A stretch of DNA of 64,000 nucleotides from Bilabrum cf. latius (taxonomy: Eukaryota), in assembly GCA_965178125.1 (NCBI GenBank), contig OZ237765.1:124001-188000 (forward strand). Direction: 5' to 3'. Below the pieces are notes generated by a model. That model did no database searches and had not been told where the DNA came from. It saw only the letters and a list, made by a program, of their open reading frames with translations. The position numbers and the translations under genes are program-made. Below, one piece after another: positions 48,102-61,534 of the stretch (position 1 is its first letter; each line of letters opens with the position of its first letter).

Positions 48102-50216
48102 ATGCCGGTCTTAAAGTCTCCAAAGAAGAAACGTCGTCTGGTCCGGCGCTCGGCTGATGCGGATGCCTTGGCCTCGATAGAGTCGGGCGGTTCGAACGGA
48201 TCGGGACGAGGTGGTGGATTCTCGGATGTTGAAGACAGCGACGGGGAGACCAGAGCAAGCATGGCATCTGTACCGATGCAAGTATCGCAATCATCCCTAG
48301 GATCTGTACGAGGATCGCAATCAAGGCGTGCAGCTGCTCGGAACGTGCGCTCGTACAAGGAGGTCGCTTCCGACGCCAGCAGCAACAGCGAACAAGAAAG
48401 CGAAGGTGCCTCGGGCAGCGCATCCGACGCTTCCGCATCAATTAGCGAAGACGAAACATCGGACGACGACACAACGCTCGGCGAGGTGCTCGCGAGCAGC
48501 CGAGCCGCTCCTCTCTCCTCCCCCTCCTCTGCAGCAGCAGGCGCTGCCAGTGGCAGCCGAAGCAAAACGAAAGCCGCGTCGGCCAGGGCGGGCCGGAAGC
48601 GGCCCAGGGACGAAATCGGCAGGGGCATCGCTTCATCGCCAGCATCGAGCAGCAAGGTCAAGCCATCGAAGCGAGCACCGAGCAAGTCGGCCGGCGCAAA
48701 GCCCAAGTCCAAACCCAAGCCCAAGGGTGGCAGGGGCGGGGGCAAGCGCTCCTCGGTGCCGGCCGTATCGCCAGCTATCGCCATGAGGGCGGTTCTCGCC
48801 CTGAGGGACCGTCTCAGGGAACACGTGATGACTGTGGCCAGGGCGGAGGATGCGAGGAGGAGCAAGGCAAGCAAGGGCAAGGGCAAGGGGAAGGGCAAGG
48901 GGAAAGAGGGCGGCAGCGGGGCAGCCACGGGCGGGGCAGCAGCAGCCGCATCTTCGTCGTCGTCATCATCGTTGGCGTCTACGTCATCCTCATCTTCATC
49001 TTCATCTTCATCTTCATCTTCATCTTCATCTTCATCTTCATCTTCATCTCTGGCGGGGCCTCCACCGGCCTCCGAGGTTGCCTCCCTCGCGGCTGCCTCT
49101 CGCTCGCAGGCCGTGCTTGCCTCGCTCGGGATCGAGGGGGTGAGGGAGGTGGCCGACTTGGGCACGGGGACGGTCCTGGGCCGGCTGGAGGACATTTTCG
49201 CTGACGTGGCGGCAAGTATCCTGTCGGGGGAGGCCTTCGCTTACAGAGTGCCGAATCGCGGTGCCGGCAACCAGCTGTACGTGCCTCAAATCGATCGGAT
49301 TGTGCTGAAGGATAAGGCCACGGCCCGGCCCTTCCTTGGCCTGGGTACGGTCCGGAAGACCACGATCATGACCCGGGTCATGCAGATGATCCACGAGGTG
49401 GTGCACCGGGGCATCCACACCACCAAGCGCGACCTCTTCTACGCCGATGTGAAGCTCTTCAAGTCCCAGGACGAGTCCAATGCCGTGCTGGACGACGTGG
49501 CGTGCATGGTGGGCTGCACCCGCACCTCGCTGCACGTGGTCGCCTCTGAGAAAGGCGTGGTGGTGGGCAGGCTCCAGTTCCAGGAGGACGGGGACGAGAT
49601 CGATTGCAGCCGCATGGGCGTGGGAGGCAAGGCCATCCCCCCGTTCGCCGACAAGATAACGAACCTTCGCTCGGACGCCGCGTTCATCCTGCTGGTGGAG
49701 AAGGACGCGGCCTTCATGCGACTGGCAGAGGACCGGTTCTACAACAAGTACCCCTGCATCATCATTACGGCCAAGGGCCAGCCAGACGTGGCGACTCGGC
49801 TGTTCCTCAGGCGGTGCCGGGACGATCTTCGGATCCCCGTGCTGGGGCTGGTGGACGCGGACCCTTACGGTCTCAAGATCCTGTCCGTGTACATGTCCGG
49901 GAGCAAGAACATGAGCTACGACAGCGCGAGCCTGACGACGCCCGACATCAAGTGGCTCGGTGTGCGTCCGTCCGATTTGGACAAGTTTGACATCCCGGAG
50001 CAGTGCCGCCTCAAGATGACCGACACTGACATCAAGACCGGGAAGGACCTGCTGAAGGAGGCCTTCATCGCCAAGAACGAAGACTGGATGGCAGAGCTCA
50101 GAACCATGCTCGCCACAAAGGAAAAGGCAGAGATTCAGTCGCTATCGTCGTACGGATTCCAGTACTTGACGCAGGAATACCTGCCGCGCAAGCTCGCCGA
50201 GGGTGATTGGGTGTGA
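48102..50216 (+). CDS. TOP6A: DNA topoisomerase VI subunit A (SPO11-3 type), about 704 aa with Ser-rich N-terminal extension
   Basis: [26 protein letters not shown] (catalytic Tyr), [52 protein letters not shown] and KAEIQSL; TGA stop. Confidence 0.93.
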   Translation: MPVLKSPKKKRRLVRRSADADALASIESGGSNGSGRGGGFSDVEDSDGETRASMASVPMQVSQSSLGSVRGSQSRRAAARNVRSYKEVASDASSNSEQESEGASGSASDASASISEDETSDDDTTLGEVLASSRAAPLSSPSSAAAGAASGSRSKTKAASARAGRKRPRDEIGRGIASSPASSSKVKPSKRAPSKSAGAKPKSKPKPKGGRGGGKRSSVPAVSPAIAMRAVLALRDRLREHVMTVARAEDARRSKASKGKGKGKGKGKEGGSGAATGGAAAAASSSSSSSLASTSSSSSSSSSSSSSSSSSSSSSSLAGPPPASEVASLAAASRSQAVLASLGIEGVREVADLGTGTVLGRLEDIFADVAASILSGEAFAYRVPNRGAGNQLYVPQIDRIVLKDKATARPFLGLGTVRKTTIMTRVMQMIHEVVHRGIHTTKRDLFYADVKLFKSQDESNAVLDDVACMVGCTRTSLHVVASEKGVVVGRLQFQEDGDEIDCSRMGVGGKAIPPFADKITNLRSDAAFILLVEKDAAFMRLAEDRFYNKYPCIIITAKGQPDVATRLFLRRCRDDLRIPVLGLVDADPYGLKILSVYMSGSKNMSYDSASLTTPDIKWLGVRPSDLDKFDIPEQCRLKMTDTDIKTGKDLLKEAFIAKNEDWMAELRTMLATKEKAEIQSLSSYGFQYLTQEYLPRKLAEGDWV
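48985..49049 (+). repeat. (TCATCT)n hexanucleotide tract encoding poly-Ser in TOP6A
   Basis: Direct reading. Confidence 0.85.
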
Positions 50217-50344
50217 CGAGTGCGGCTGCCGCTGCAGCAAGATGGTTCTTAATCCGAGCATCGCCGAGCCATCCAACACATTTCTGAGCAAAAAACCGAA
50301 GAAAACAAGCAATCTCGCATACATCAGTGCAAATAAGTGATACA

Positions 50345-52388
50345 ATGCAAGAAGAACACCACGAACATGTCGGTATTGAGGAGGCGTTCGCCGGCCCTTC
50401 GGGTTCTGAGGCCGTATTCGACGACCATGCAATAGCTCAGGCTGCTCACACCGGGGCGTGGGCGATTCCAGACGAAGCTAGACGATTAGCAGCCGGAGGA
50501 ATCAGCGGAATCGCAGAAGTTATCACAACGCATCCTATCGACTTAGGTGAGACGGTGATTTAGACTATGGATGCGTGATGAGGTGGCAGAAACTTGGCGC
50601 CGTATTCGATTTGCCTTGCTCCGCCTGCTTTTTACGCGTGTTTGGTTGCCAATTGTAGGATATTGTGGTAATAAAGTTTTGTTTGGTAGTATTTGTGTGG
50701 TTGTGCAGTGTATGCTGTGGCTGCTGTTGCCAGCAGGGCCCCGGAGATGCTTGAAGGCGCGTTGCAGCCGATCCCGGGTGTCCACGTGGGAATGCTAGCT
50801 TGCGCGGCATTCGCGCCAGTAACTTGGGTATTTGGCCCAACCAGTGTGATTCGCATGCATGGTTCATTCATATATGCGTGATGGGTAGGCGAGTACGTGT
50901 CGAATGGCTGAGATGAAGCCGCACTTGCAGTTGGTGCGACCGGCTGTTGCAGTTCGACCGTCTTGCAGTTGACGCTGCAGCGGGTCATGCCTTGGAAAAG
51001 CTTGCCTCACAAGCCGCCGTATGCCTGTAGATTGTGACATATAAGGATGCACCGCGAGGAAGGGCGGGTCAACATGCACGCAGGCTCCACGGTTGGCTGG
51101 AAAGCCCCACGTGACGCGCTGCGCCGGGCGCGGTGCCAAGTGTCCGGTAGCACACCAGTAAGCCGCTCATACGCATGAATCCGCGCACGTAGATGACGGT
51201 AGGCTGCAAAATATAATACTCCAATGTATGTACCTATACTGCTGGCGATTAGAACAGAGTTCGCTGCTGTGGGTTGCGACTCAGCCTGACTTGAGGGCCG
51301 GCTGACTTCCACCCGACAGGCCAGCGACTCGCTCCCGAGTGGCTGGTCGGCCGGTTCCGGCATGTGTGTACGCGGCATGAACGTGGCTTGACTTCCTTTG
51401 GGTTCAGCCACGTGTTGATATGGGTTGGTTTTGCATTGGAAATCAGCGTAGATTGCTCGTCGCGTGTCGTGCAGTGTTTCGCGCTTGTCGCCACACATCT
51501 GGCGTTGCCACACCCCCGCCCCCCCGTTCCATCACCATTTCTGTGCTTGCTATCGCAGTCAAGACACGCATGTAGCAGGCCTACGAGCTGGGGCGCCCTG
51601 CAGGCCCCGCCCCCGTGATCAGGGAGGCCATCGCCAGGGGCGGGCTTGCCGAGCTGTACGCGGGCTTCGTGCCCAGGCTGCTCGGCGTGGTGCCCATGCG
51701 CGTCACTTTCTGGGGCACGCAGAGCATCACCAAGCATAGGCTGGACGAGAATTTCCCGCACGTGCACCAGCTGGCCCGTGTGCTCGCCACGGGCACCATT
51801 GCGGGCACTGCCCAGACAGTCATCGACGGCCCCATCGAGGCGATGAAGATCCGGGCCATGACCTCGGGCAAGAGCGTGTCGCTGTGGGAAGTGATCAAGG
51901 GAGGAAGATTGCCGGGGTTTTCGGCAACGCTCGCGAGAAACGTGGTGTTTGCGGGCGCCTTCGCAACGGGCTTGTACATGGGCGCAGACGACTCTGCGCT
52001 TGATTAGGCCATGATCCGGGGGGCGGGGGCGGGCCTGGTGGCTTCCATCGTGTCGCAGCCCCTGGACTTCGTCAAGACGATTGCTCAGATGGAGGGCGGG
52101 CGCTCGCAGCCCATGCTGCGGGTGCTGACCCAGACCCCCCTGAAGACGCTCATGTCGGGCTGGATTCCCCGGGCTGCGCTTGGCATGGTGTCCATGTCTG
52201 TGGGGGCTGTGGTGTTCCGGGCGGTGGAGAACTTCCTCATCTCCGGCGCGCTCTTCACCAAGTGCCAGGACACCGCGCTGCAGCACCCCGCATCTGCGCA
52301 CACGGCACAGCGGCAGCTTGACTTGAAGAGGGTGCAGCACGCGAGGAGGCGAGCGGACGAGGCTGTGGCGGGGGAGGGCAGGCAGTGA
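50345..52388 (+). CDS. Mitochondrial carrier (SLC25) protein (exons 50345-50546, 51559-52388; about 343 aa)
   Basis: Three carrier signatures: THPIDL/VKTRM(TAG)Q across the intron, GPIEAMKIR and QPLDFVKT. TAG at 51573 and 52005; TGA stop. Confidence 0.9.
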
Positions 52389-52965
52389 GCAGGTGTGTGT
52401 GCTTCAGGGGGGAGGGAGGGGCGGCCCCATTCGGCAGACGGATGAGCAAGAGGGTTGAATGGAAACAGGACAGCGGGACAGTAGTGATGGCTTCGCAGCC
52501 GCACAGTGGAAGCGCGTGCGAGGGAAAGAAGGCGGCGGCATGGCTGGCGGCAGCGGGCGCGGTGCTCTGGTACAGAGACGCGCCCGGTGACCGCGGCCGT
52601 GTCCGTCGTTTCCCTCGCTGCTTCAAATCCTCGTCCATAAGGTATCAATGGAGCAGTATGCGGGGGGCATACGCATCAGGCCGAATGGGGGCAAGTAAGG
52701 AGGTTGTTGCTAGTTGAGTGTTGCGTGATTCGTGCAGATTTGAACGCTTCCGTGAAGTGCCGTGACAGCGTATCGTTCACGATCCGCGCCCTGAATTCAT
52801 TTGCATGGATACTGTCGAATAGATGCGTCCAAGTTAAGCTGCATTCGGTTGGGTTCAGCGGCAACAAGTTACGCAGGGCTGCGCCCAGGCCTACCTCTCC
52901 GCCTCCCACCAGCGAACCCACATGCGTGCGGCTTTCACGGTCCTAGCAACCCAGTCCCAGCCTAT

Positions 52966-53661
<696 letters not shown>

Positions 53662-53844
53662 GCTTGCAGTATTATTTTGTCTTACGCTCAGCATTCGAGC
53701 TGGTGGTTCGATGATCGGATTACACTCGTCATATGCACTGATGTCCATTTCCTGGACCCCCATTGCAACTTCCTTTCGGTTTGCCGCGAGTTTTAGCCCG
53801 CGATAGCATGAAAGAAATTATATACAGTTGAATCATTTGCGAGT

Positions 53845-55657
53845 ATGCGAAGAAACCGCGTAGTTCAAAGATGCATACGGACACTTGCAGTGCAATTGCG
53901 TGTTCGATTCCAGCAATACGGGATGAGGTGGGCAACCACACATCCTAGCGTTGATGTTGTTGTCATTGGAGGTGGACATGCTGGATGTGAGGCGGCGGCT
54001 GCTTCTGCACGCGCAGGGGCAAACACGGTGCTCCTTACGCAAACTGCCGAGCAGGTGGGCGAGCTCAGCTGCAACCCGTCCATCGGGGGCGTAGGCAAAG
54101 GCACTCTTGTCCGTGAGGTTTCCGCCATGGGAGGCATCATGAGCCGCGCCGCAGACGAGGCCGGCATCCTGTTTCGCATGCTGAACCGCAGCAGGGGCCC
54201 GGCCGTGCACGGCCCGAGGGCCCAGGTCGACAGAGCCCTCTACAAGGCCGCGGTGCATCGCATGGTGTTGCAGGAGACCCCTAACCTGCAGCTGCACGAG
54301 GGCCTGGCACAGGATGTGGTCATCTCCCAGGCCAGCGGGCGAGTGACGGCTGTGCTCACCGAGGCGGGCGACGTGCTGCCCTGCAGGGCCGTGGTGCTCA
54401 CCACTGGGACATTCCTGAGGGGCGTGATCCACGTGGGGGACAGGCAGATCCCCGCGGGGAGGAGAAAGAGGTCCAGGGCGGAACTGGAAGCGGACGGAGA
54501 CGGCTGCAACCCGAAATCAATAACCGCCGCCCCAGGGCGCGGGGTGCGGCTAGACGACGAGGCGGAGGCGGAGAAGGAGAAGGATATCGACCTGGCGGAG
54601 CCCCCGAGCGAGGGATTGGCGCTGACGCTGGAGCGAATGCAGCTGCCTCTGGGACGACTGAAAACCGGCACCCCTCCCCGCCTGGACGGCCGCACCATCA
54701 ACTGGGAGTGTCCAGGGCTGGAGGCGCAGAGCACCGACGAGCAGCCGTGGGTGTTCGATTACCGCCGGGAATACGCGGGCGAGCTTCCCCCCGTGGTGGC
54801 GAGGGGGGAGACCATCCGGTGCATGGCCACGAGGACGAACGCCAGAACGCATGCCATCGTGTCGGAGAACAGGCTGAGGCTACCTACATTCGTGGGGGGG
54901 GGTCCGCAGGGGGAGGGCAAGGGGCCGAGGAACTGCCCCTCGATCGAGTCCAAGGTCAGGAAGTTCCCCGACAGGGAACAACACCTCGTCTGGCTGGAGC
55001 CCGAGGGGATTCGGAGCCACATTGTGTACCCCGCAGGCATCTCCACGGGCCTACCCGAGGACGCCCAGCTCAGGATGGTCCGGTCCATCCGTGGGCTGGA
55101 AGAGGCCGAGATGGTCGCACCGGCCTATGCCGTGGAATACGACCACGTGGACCCCAGGTGCCTCGACCCTACCCTGCAGCTCAAGGGGGGCGGGGCCACG
55201 GGGCTCGCGCGGTCCGGATCCACTTCCGGTTTGGGGCCGGGCTCCGGTTCTGGTTCCGGTTTCTTCCTGGCCGGTTAGATCAACGGCACCACTGGGTACG
55301 AAGAGGCCGCGGCCCAGGGGCTGGTGGCCGGTGCCAACGCCGCCCTTCTGTCGCTGGGCAAGCCCCCCATGGTGCTGGACAGGACCCGGAGCCTGACAGG
55401 TGTGATGATTGACGACCTCACCAGCAGGGGGGTGGCCGAGCCGTACCGCATGTACACTGGCAGATCCGAGTACAGGCTATCGGTAAGGGCAGACAATGCT
55501 GACCTGAGGCTGACCCCGGCGGCGTGCGAGGCGGGGCTGCTGCGGCGGGAGGGGCTGAGGAACAGCGGGGGTGCGGTGCATTATTTTGCCTGGCCTGACG
55601 TCACTGCGGAGCTGCCTCCGCTGGATTGCCAAGACGAGCACGGCGAGGAGCACCTCT

Positions 55658-55688
<31 letters not shown>

Positions 55689-56979
55689 ACATTAGCAGCA
55701 GCAGCAGCACCAGCAGGAACATCAGCAGCAGCAGCCCACGACAGAGGGAGGTGGAGGCGCCAAGGCTGCACCATTTCTGGGCGACCGCCCCGACTGGGCC
55801 GATGCTGTGGTGCTAGAGACAAGGCAAGATAGGGCCGCCGCAGGGCGTGACGAGTGGCTGGCGAGGGCTGGCGAGGACCAGTGGAGGGGGTTCCGACGGC
55901 GGGCGAGGCGCGTTGAGATGGCGGGGTAGGCTCTTCGGGAGGCTGTCCTAAGGCCGGGGGAGTGGGGAACAAAGGGAGTCCAGGGAATAACCGAGGATAT
56001 CGGTCGCGGTGCTAAGACGGGGAACAAGCCGGGGAACAAGCCCAGGGCGGTGAGCGAGCTGCTTCAGGCAGGCGTGGTGAGTACTGGGGAGGACGCAGCG
56101 GGGCTCATGCAGCGGGCTGCTCTGGGCCGACTGCAAGAGGCAAGGCAGCTCCTGAAAGACGCGATGAGCGTGTATTTCGGGGGGGACTGTGTGACGAACA
56201 GGTAGGCGTGGGTGGAGCAGAAAGCTGCAGGGGCTCTGTCTGGCCTATTGCAGCGCGGGGAAGACAGCATCTTCGACGGTAAGGAACATGTGACGAGTGC
56301 TTGGGCCAGGGAACAGATGGACGGCTCCCGGTCGGGCGGCGAAGATGGCGAAGTGGACCAGCGGGACAGGTCCTTGCCCTGGTCGGCTGCCCTGCGAGGT
56401 GTATTCGGGGCCGGCCTGCAGCCAGACATAGAGCGGGCGGCCGGGCTGATCCAGGGGGCGGCGGAGCTGTGCGACCACGTCAGTGCGGCGGGTCACCATG
56501 CGGCTAGAACCACCGCTGGGGTGGAAGCGAGGTACTCGTCACACGTGCAGCGGCAGGCGCGGGAGGTGGGACGTGTGACGAGGGCGGGGCGTCTGCCCCT
56601 TCCTCAGTGGGTGACGAGTGCGTGGCTGGCCGTGCCGGGGATTCCCCGCGCCGACGCAGAGGCCCTGCAGTCTGCCGGTGTGACGAGTGTGGGGGAGGCG
56701 GGGCGGGTGCCCGGGGTGCGCCCGTCCACCGTGTCGCTGCTGGCGGCGCTGGCCTCGGGCGAGGCAGCCACTGCCAGGCCCGGGGTCGCAAGTGGGGGTG
56801 ACGGTGCATCGCATGGTGGTGCAAGAAGTGGGGGTGTGGATAGGCAGGGAACAGGTCTAGAGGAATAGGCTCGCACAGCTGCCGTCGCTGATGCTGGCAG
56901 TGGTAGTACCCAGCCTGAGGGTGTGACCGCCGGAATCAGCGCCAGGCAGCGGAGGCGGTTGAAAGCTGCACAGACCTAA
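53845..56979 (+). CDS. MTO1: Mitochondrial tRNA U34 modification enzyme MTO1/GidA (MnmG), about 1044 aa with TAG=Gln
   Basis: [68 protein letters not shown](TAG)[40 protein letters not shown] and C-terminal [16 protein letters not shown]. Six TAGs; TAA stop at 56977. Confidence 0.93.
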
Positions 56980-57139
56980 TTAACGTTGTTTCGATCCATG
57001 GGTGCATGTCTGCTGCAGTTCGGGGACACCCCATGGCGGCGTTCCACGGCTCAGCGGTTGCAACCTCCTTTTCAGAGTTGCTGTGACGAGTGCTGAGGAA
57101 CCCCACCCACAGCCGCACAATAAGGAACCATAACAGAAC

Positions 57140-58420
57140 ATGTCGGCTTGGAAGCGAGCCGCTGCGTCGGGAGGCAGTATCGCTAAAACAATTGCCTCGG
57201 CGTAGGTCGTTGGTGTGGAAGGAAAGGCTGAATCAGGGCCTGCAGCAGCCGTCGAAGCAGCGTCGGTTGTGGTTGCGCCAAGCTTGCCGTCTGGCTCCAC
57301 TGCGCCTTCTACGGGTTCATCGTCTGCCCCAACAGCTGCAACTACTACTGAGGGTGGATCTATGTCAGCTGCAGGCGCAGGAGTACCGTCGACTGCGCCT
57401 TCATCAGGTGCGGGGGCATCAGGCGGGAAGAGTAAATCGGGTCGTAAAGGCGAGCATTGGAATGTGTTTAGCGAAGCTGTACAGCTGATCATCAGCGAAT
57501 GGCCTATTCTACGTACAGCATTGCAGCAGCAAAGTGCAGGTTCGAAGACAAGAGAGCGTTTCGATGATATGCTCGACGTGCTGCTTGAGAACTTGGTGGA
57601 GGTATGGGATGAAGGCGATTCTTTATCATGGCTAAGCGTATTCGACTACTTGGAAGAAGTGTTAGATACAGACCTCAACGTCGACTTTGACGGCGATGCA
57701 CAGTTGCAGGCGGTGAGTATTTCGACAGTATTTGACGTGGATGTATGGTGGAGAGCTGCCGCGTGATGCATACTTTTTCCAATGGCCCCGAAGCTTTCGC
57801 GGTGTGGGCAACCTTTTTAAGATCGTTAGGACTGATGGCACTCTCCATTACTATGCTCGAATCCCCGCACGTTGCGCGGTTTTCGAATCATGCTTGCTGC
57901 AAGCGCCAGTTCTGTTACGAATCACACATCTTGCACGATCTAATACCCGCGATTTGTTTGCATTGCATCGCAGGTATCCCGACAGGTTGAGAAACTCTTC
58001 AACGATTGCGCGGCGGGCAAGCCGGAGCCGGCCCAGGCGCTCATCAAGGTCTTCGAGGAGCGCCTCGAGCAGGAGGCCGAGGAGGCGCGCGCCATGGGGG
58101 CCAAGGGGGGAAGCGCTGCGGCTGCCGGTGAAGATCATCATGACGATGACGATGACGAGGAGGAGGAGGAGGGCGATGATGGGTGGGCCAGGCCAAAGGG
58201 AGGCAAGGGCAAGGGAGGAGCAGGAGCAGGCAGCGGGGCGGCATCGCCGGCAGCGGCTGCCACAGGCGGTGCTGGTGCTGGAAGTGCTGCTGTCAGCTCT
58301 GCTGCTGCTGCATAGGCGGCTCCCGCGAGTAAGGCTGATGGAGAGGATGGTGACGAGGATGATAGCGATGACGACGGCTGGAAGGTGGTTGCGGGGGGCA
58401 AGGGGAGGAAGGGGAAGTGA
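57140..58420 (+). CDS. TSR2: Pre-rRNA-processing protein TSR2-like (exons 57140-57712, 57974-58420; about 339 aa)
   Basis: FSEAVQLIISEWPILRTAL...DYLEEVLDTDLNVDFDGD|VSRQVEKLFNDCAAG, an acidic tract and C-terminal DDDGWKVVAGGKGRKGK. TAG at 57203 and 58313; TGA stop. Confidence 0.75.
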
Positions 58421-58606
58421 GGTTATCGCAACACATACCAGCCATCTGCTAGCACACCAGCACGAATACCAGGGCCCAAGTGCCCCATTTGCTCCACTTG
58501 CATGTTATATTGTATACTGGTAGACGATCCCTGTGATGTTTCCCGTTGCACACAAACCATTACGACAATCTGGAGCCGATCTGATCCGATCCGATCTATG
58601 CTCACC

Positions 58607-61534
58607 TCACCGGAGCACTTGCCTGACCATCCTCGGCGCCCTCCCCGTCTGCAGCACGCACGCGTCCCAGGGCCCCTCGCCCCCGGGCGTCTCCTTCGCG
58701 ATCGTGGCCGGCCCTGCAAGAGGCGGGTCGCACCCGGCCTCTCGAGCCGCCGCTGGCCTAGGCTCGAAGCTGCCGTCGGGCCGGAACTCACCGCAGTGCT
58801 CGCCTCTCAGAGCTCGCTCCGCCATGGCCACCAGCCCCTCCTCCTGCGCGGCTTGCTCCTCCTCTCTCGATTCGCTGACTCGGGCTAGTGCCTCTCCGAG
58901 GAGAGCCATCGCGTGCGAGGGCGGGAGGTGAACGGACCTGTGCTTCTTCACGTACACGGATTCAGGGGAGACCAGCCGGGGGTCCAGCCGAGAGCCGAGG
59001 CGAGTCTGATCACTTCCGCTGCTGTCTCCCTCCCTGGTTTCGACGCCCCTACCCCCGCCGCTCCTCCCAGCGGCCCCAAGCCACCCGCCGCTCCCCTGCG
59101 GCCGGTACACCTGGTGCGATAGGCCCTCGGCCGCGGCCCCCAGGTCGCTAAAGTAGCGGACGGGATTGCCCAGCGGCTGCATCTGCACGACAGCGGAACC
59201 GGCGCCGCGCATCCACAGCATGTTGGACAGCTCGTTCCCGTGCACGGTCACCATCACGTCGGCCGCCCTCACGAGCCGCACCTGTTCGTGGAAATCGAAT
59301 CGGCCCAGGGTGCTGAGCCTCACGTCGAGCACCACGGGCTGCAGGCCAAATCGAGCATTTTCTCCATGGGTTTCCGTTGATTTTTCGATCACCGCATTGA
59401 TCTGCTGCCTGGCCGCCGCCAGCTGAGCCCGCGTGACTGGATCGTCTCCCTGTGTCTCGTTGGCAAGGGACCAAGGCACGCGGCTGGGCAGGACGAGATC
59501 CTCGGGGGCAATACCTAGCACTGCACCGAGAGTCTGGTGCAGGTTGCTCTGGCTCCTCCTCCACCCCGTGCGGTACAGCCACAGCACTCGTATGACCCGC
59601 GTGAGAGAGGCGTGGGGCCATGGGCCCTTCGCCCACCTCTGCAATGCGTCCGCTCCATCGCCCTATCTGTTGTTCCCTGAGGCACCCAGGGGGGCGGCCT
59701 TGTCGCGTGTTTCTGGTTCGTATTGCAACATCCAGCTGGGTACCGCAGCAGAGCCTTCATGCAATGCACCCTACCCGCCCTCGGTAGATCCGGGCACGGC
59801 CCACACCCTAGATCGGAACAATGATTCCTGCTCCGGGTCCACCCCGGGCACGAAGCCTCCAGCCTCGAGCGACTTCCAGCCGCCCTCCCTTGTGTTCTCA
59901 AGCACGCTCACGGGCGCAGCGCCCGCCGCTCGCCAAGCAGCCACACGGGCCACCGCTGCGGTCCGTCTCCTGATCTGGATGGGGCTGTAGGGAGCAGGGG
60001 TAGCCGGGGGCATGCCCACGTGCACCCTCTCAAGACACAGCGAATCATGACCATCCTCATCTTCATCCTCATGATGGCCCCCCTCGTTCTTCGAATCCTA
60101 GGGGGGTGCATGACTGCCCCAGCCCCCTCCATGGCCCAGCCTGTCCCCGGGACTCACTGCCGCCAGCTCCCGAGCCACGAATATATCCGTTACGAGCCTG
60201 GGAGGAGGCCTTCCCCAGCGCTGCACTGCATTGCGCTGCCCCACGGCGGCAGGAGTTTGTCTCCCGGTTTTGCTGTTGCTGTCGCTGGTGCCGCGTGAGT
60301 CAGGCGATGTGGTGGGCAGCCCCTCCGGCCAGGCTCCGAATCCTGTCAGAAGGACGGTGTGTTCCCCGAAACCGTCCGCCGGCCACAGCCCCGATCCACC
60401 GTAGCCCGCGTTTGGCCCCGTGGGCACCTGCTGGTAGTTCGGTAGGATGGCGAGGACGAGTGGCCTGGGTGCGCCTAGGTTGAGCCAATGGTCAAGGGCG
60501 GGCAGGTATCCGTTGAGTAGCCAGTGGGCCAAGTGAAACGCCGAGTACCACCTGGTCGCAAGCACCGTTGCGCCTAGGAGCCTCGGGTGACACCTCGAGG
60601 CATGAGCACGCTGACCAGCTGCTTCCCCCCTGCCGCTTGTTCCCCCCCTCCCTCTTGTTCCCCCACTCCCTCCCGCTCTGGCTGCGACTCGCGTTGGGGG
60701 GAGGATCGGCAGCCTGTGCACGCGTTCTCTGAGCGGAAGGTCTCGCGAGATTGCGGTGGTGTGAATGTCGATGGCACGTGTCCCCACTGGCAGTGGCAGG
60801 GTGCGGACCGCACCGCTGCCGCTGCCCTCGCCAACAGCTGGCACTGGCACTGCAAGGGCTGCTCCAGGACCGTCTGAGGCGCGTGCTTGGCGGCGAACTC
60901 CCAGCGCTATCGCCGCCTAGAAGAAGCATATCATGTGTGGCAGCGCCCCTGCTTCCAGCACGTCGTGGCTGCGCTGGTCCCCGTCGCTCTGCCTTGCGAG
61001 GCCCGCGCATAGCGGCAGCGGCACTGCGCTGCGACTGTCCCACGGCCTCGTCACTGATTTCGATGCGTTTGCAAGCAGACGAGCTGTGGCCAGATGATGC
61101 AATGTCAGGCCTTGCGACACTGGGTGAAACCCCGGATTGCCACCGCCATGGCGCAATTTCGGTGGGAGTAGTAGTGAAATGCGTAGGCCATCCTACTGCA
61201 GTGAATTACCAATTGCGTCTGCAGGCAATTTATAGCCTGATTGCTCGCCAAGCACAGGCAGCCGGACGGGTACCGCTCCTGGCCATCCTATTACTTCGAA
61301 TAGCCTTCGATTGCCAGACTACTCATTGTACGGTAATAACCATGGCATTCCAGAGTTTCGGAATGCATTTGAATGATGCTCCACACTCGTCCAACTAACG
61401 CATATGAAGACCATGAAAACCGCTATGATGGACAAGGCTACAATCCGGATGGTTGAAGAATTATTGCTTCGGCACGGTGCACATTGTCGCAGCTTAGCAA
61501 GTGGCCGGTGATGTACCCTCTAGTGACCACGCAT
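58607..61534 (-). CDS. Glycosyltransferase family 61-like type II membrane protein (about 975 aa with TAG=Gln)
   Basis: N-terminal anchor IRIVALSIIAVFMVFICVSW; FHLAHWLLNGYLP; FDFHEQVRLVRAADVMVTVHGNELSNMLWM...AVVQM. Single frame with six TAGs (61520, 61193, 60917, 60098, 59771, 59663); TGA stop. Confidence 0.78.

Noticed and set aside
48102-50216. Meiotic SPO11-1/SPO11-2
   Set aside because: Motifs ([21 protein letters not shown]) match the TOP6A/SPO11-3 clade.
55276-55278. Pyrrolysine, selenocysteine or UAG=Leu decoding
   Set aside because: Informative sites align to Gln (GidA and carrier motifs, CAG runs, paralog CAG). The context is eukaryotic and no pyl genes are present in the window.
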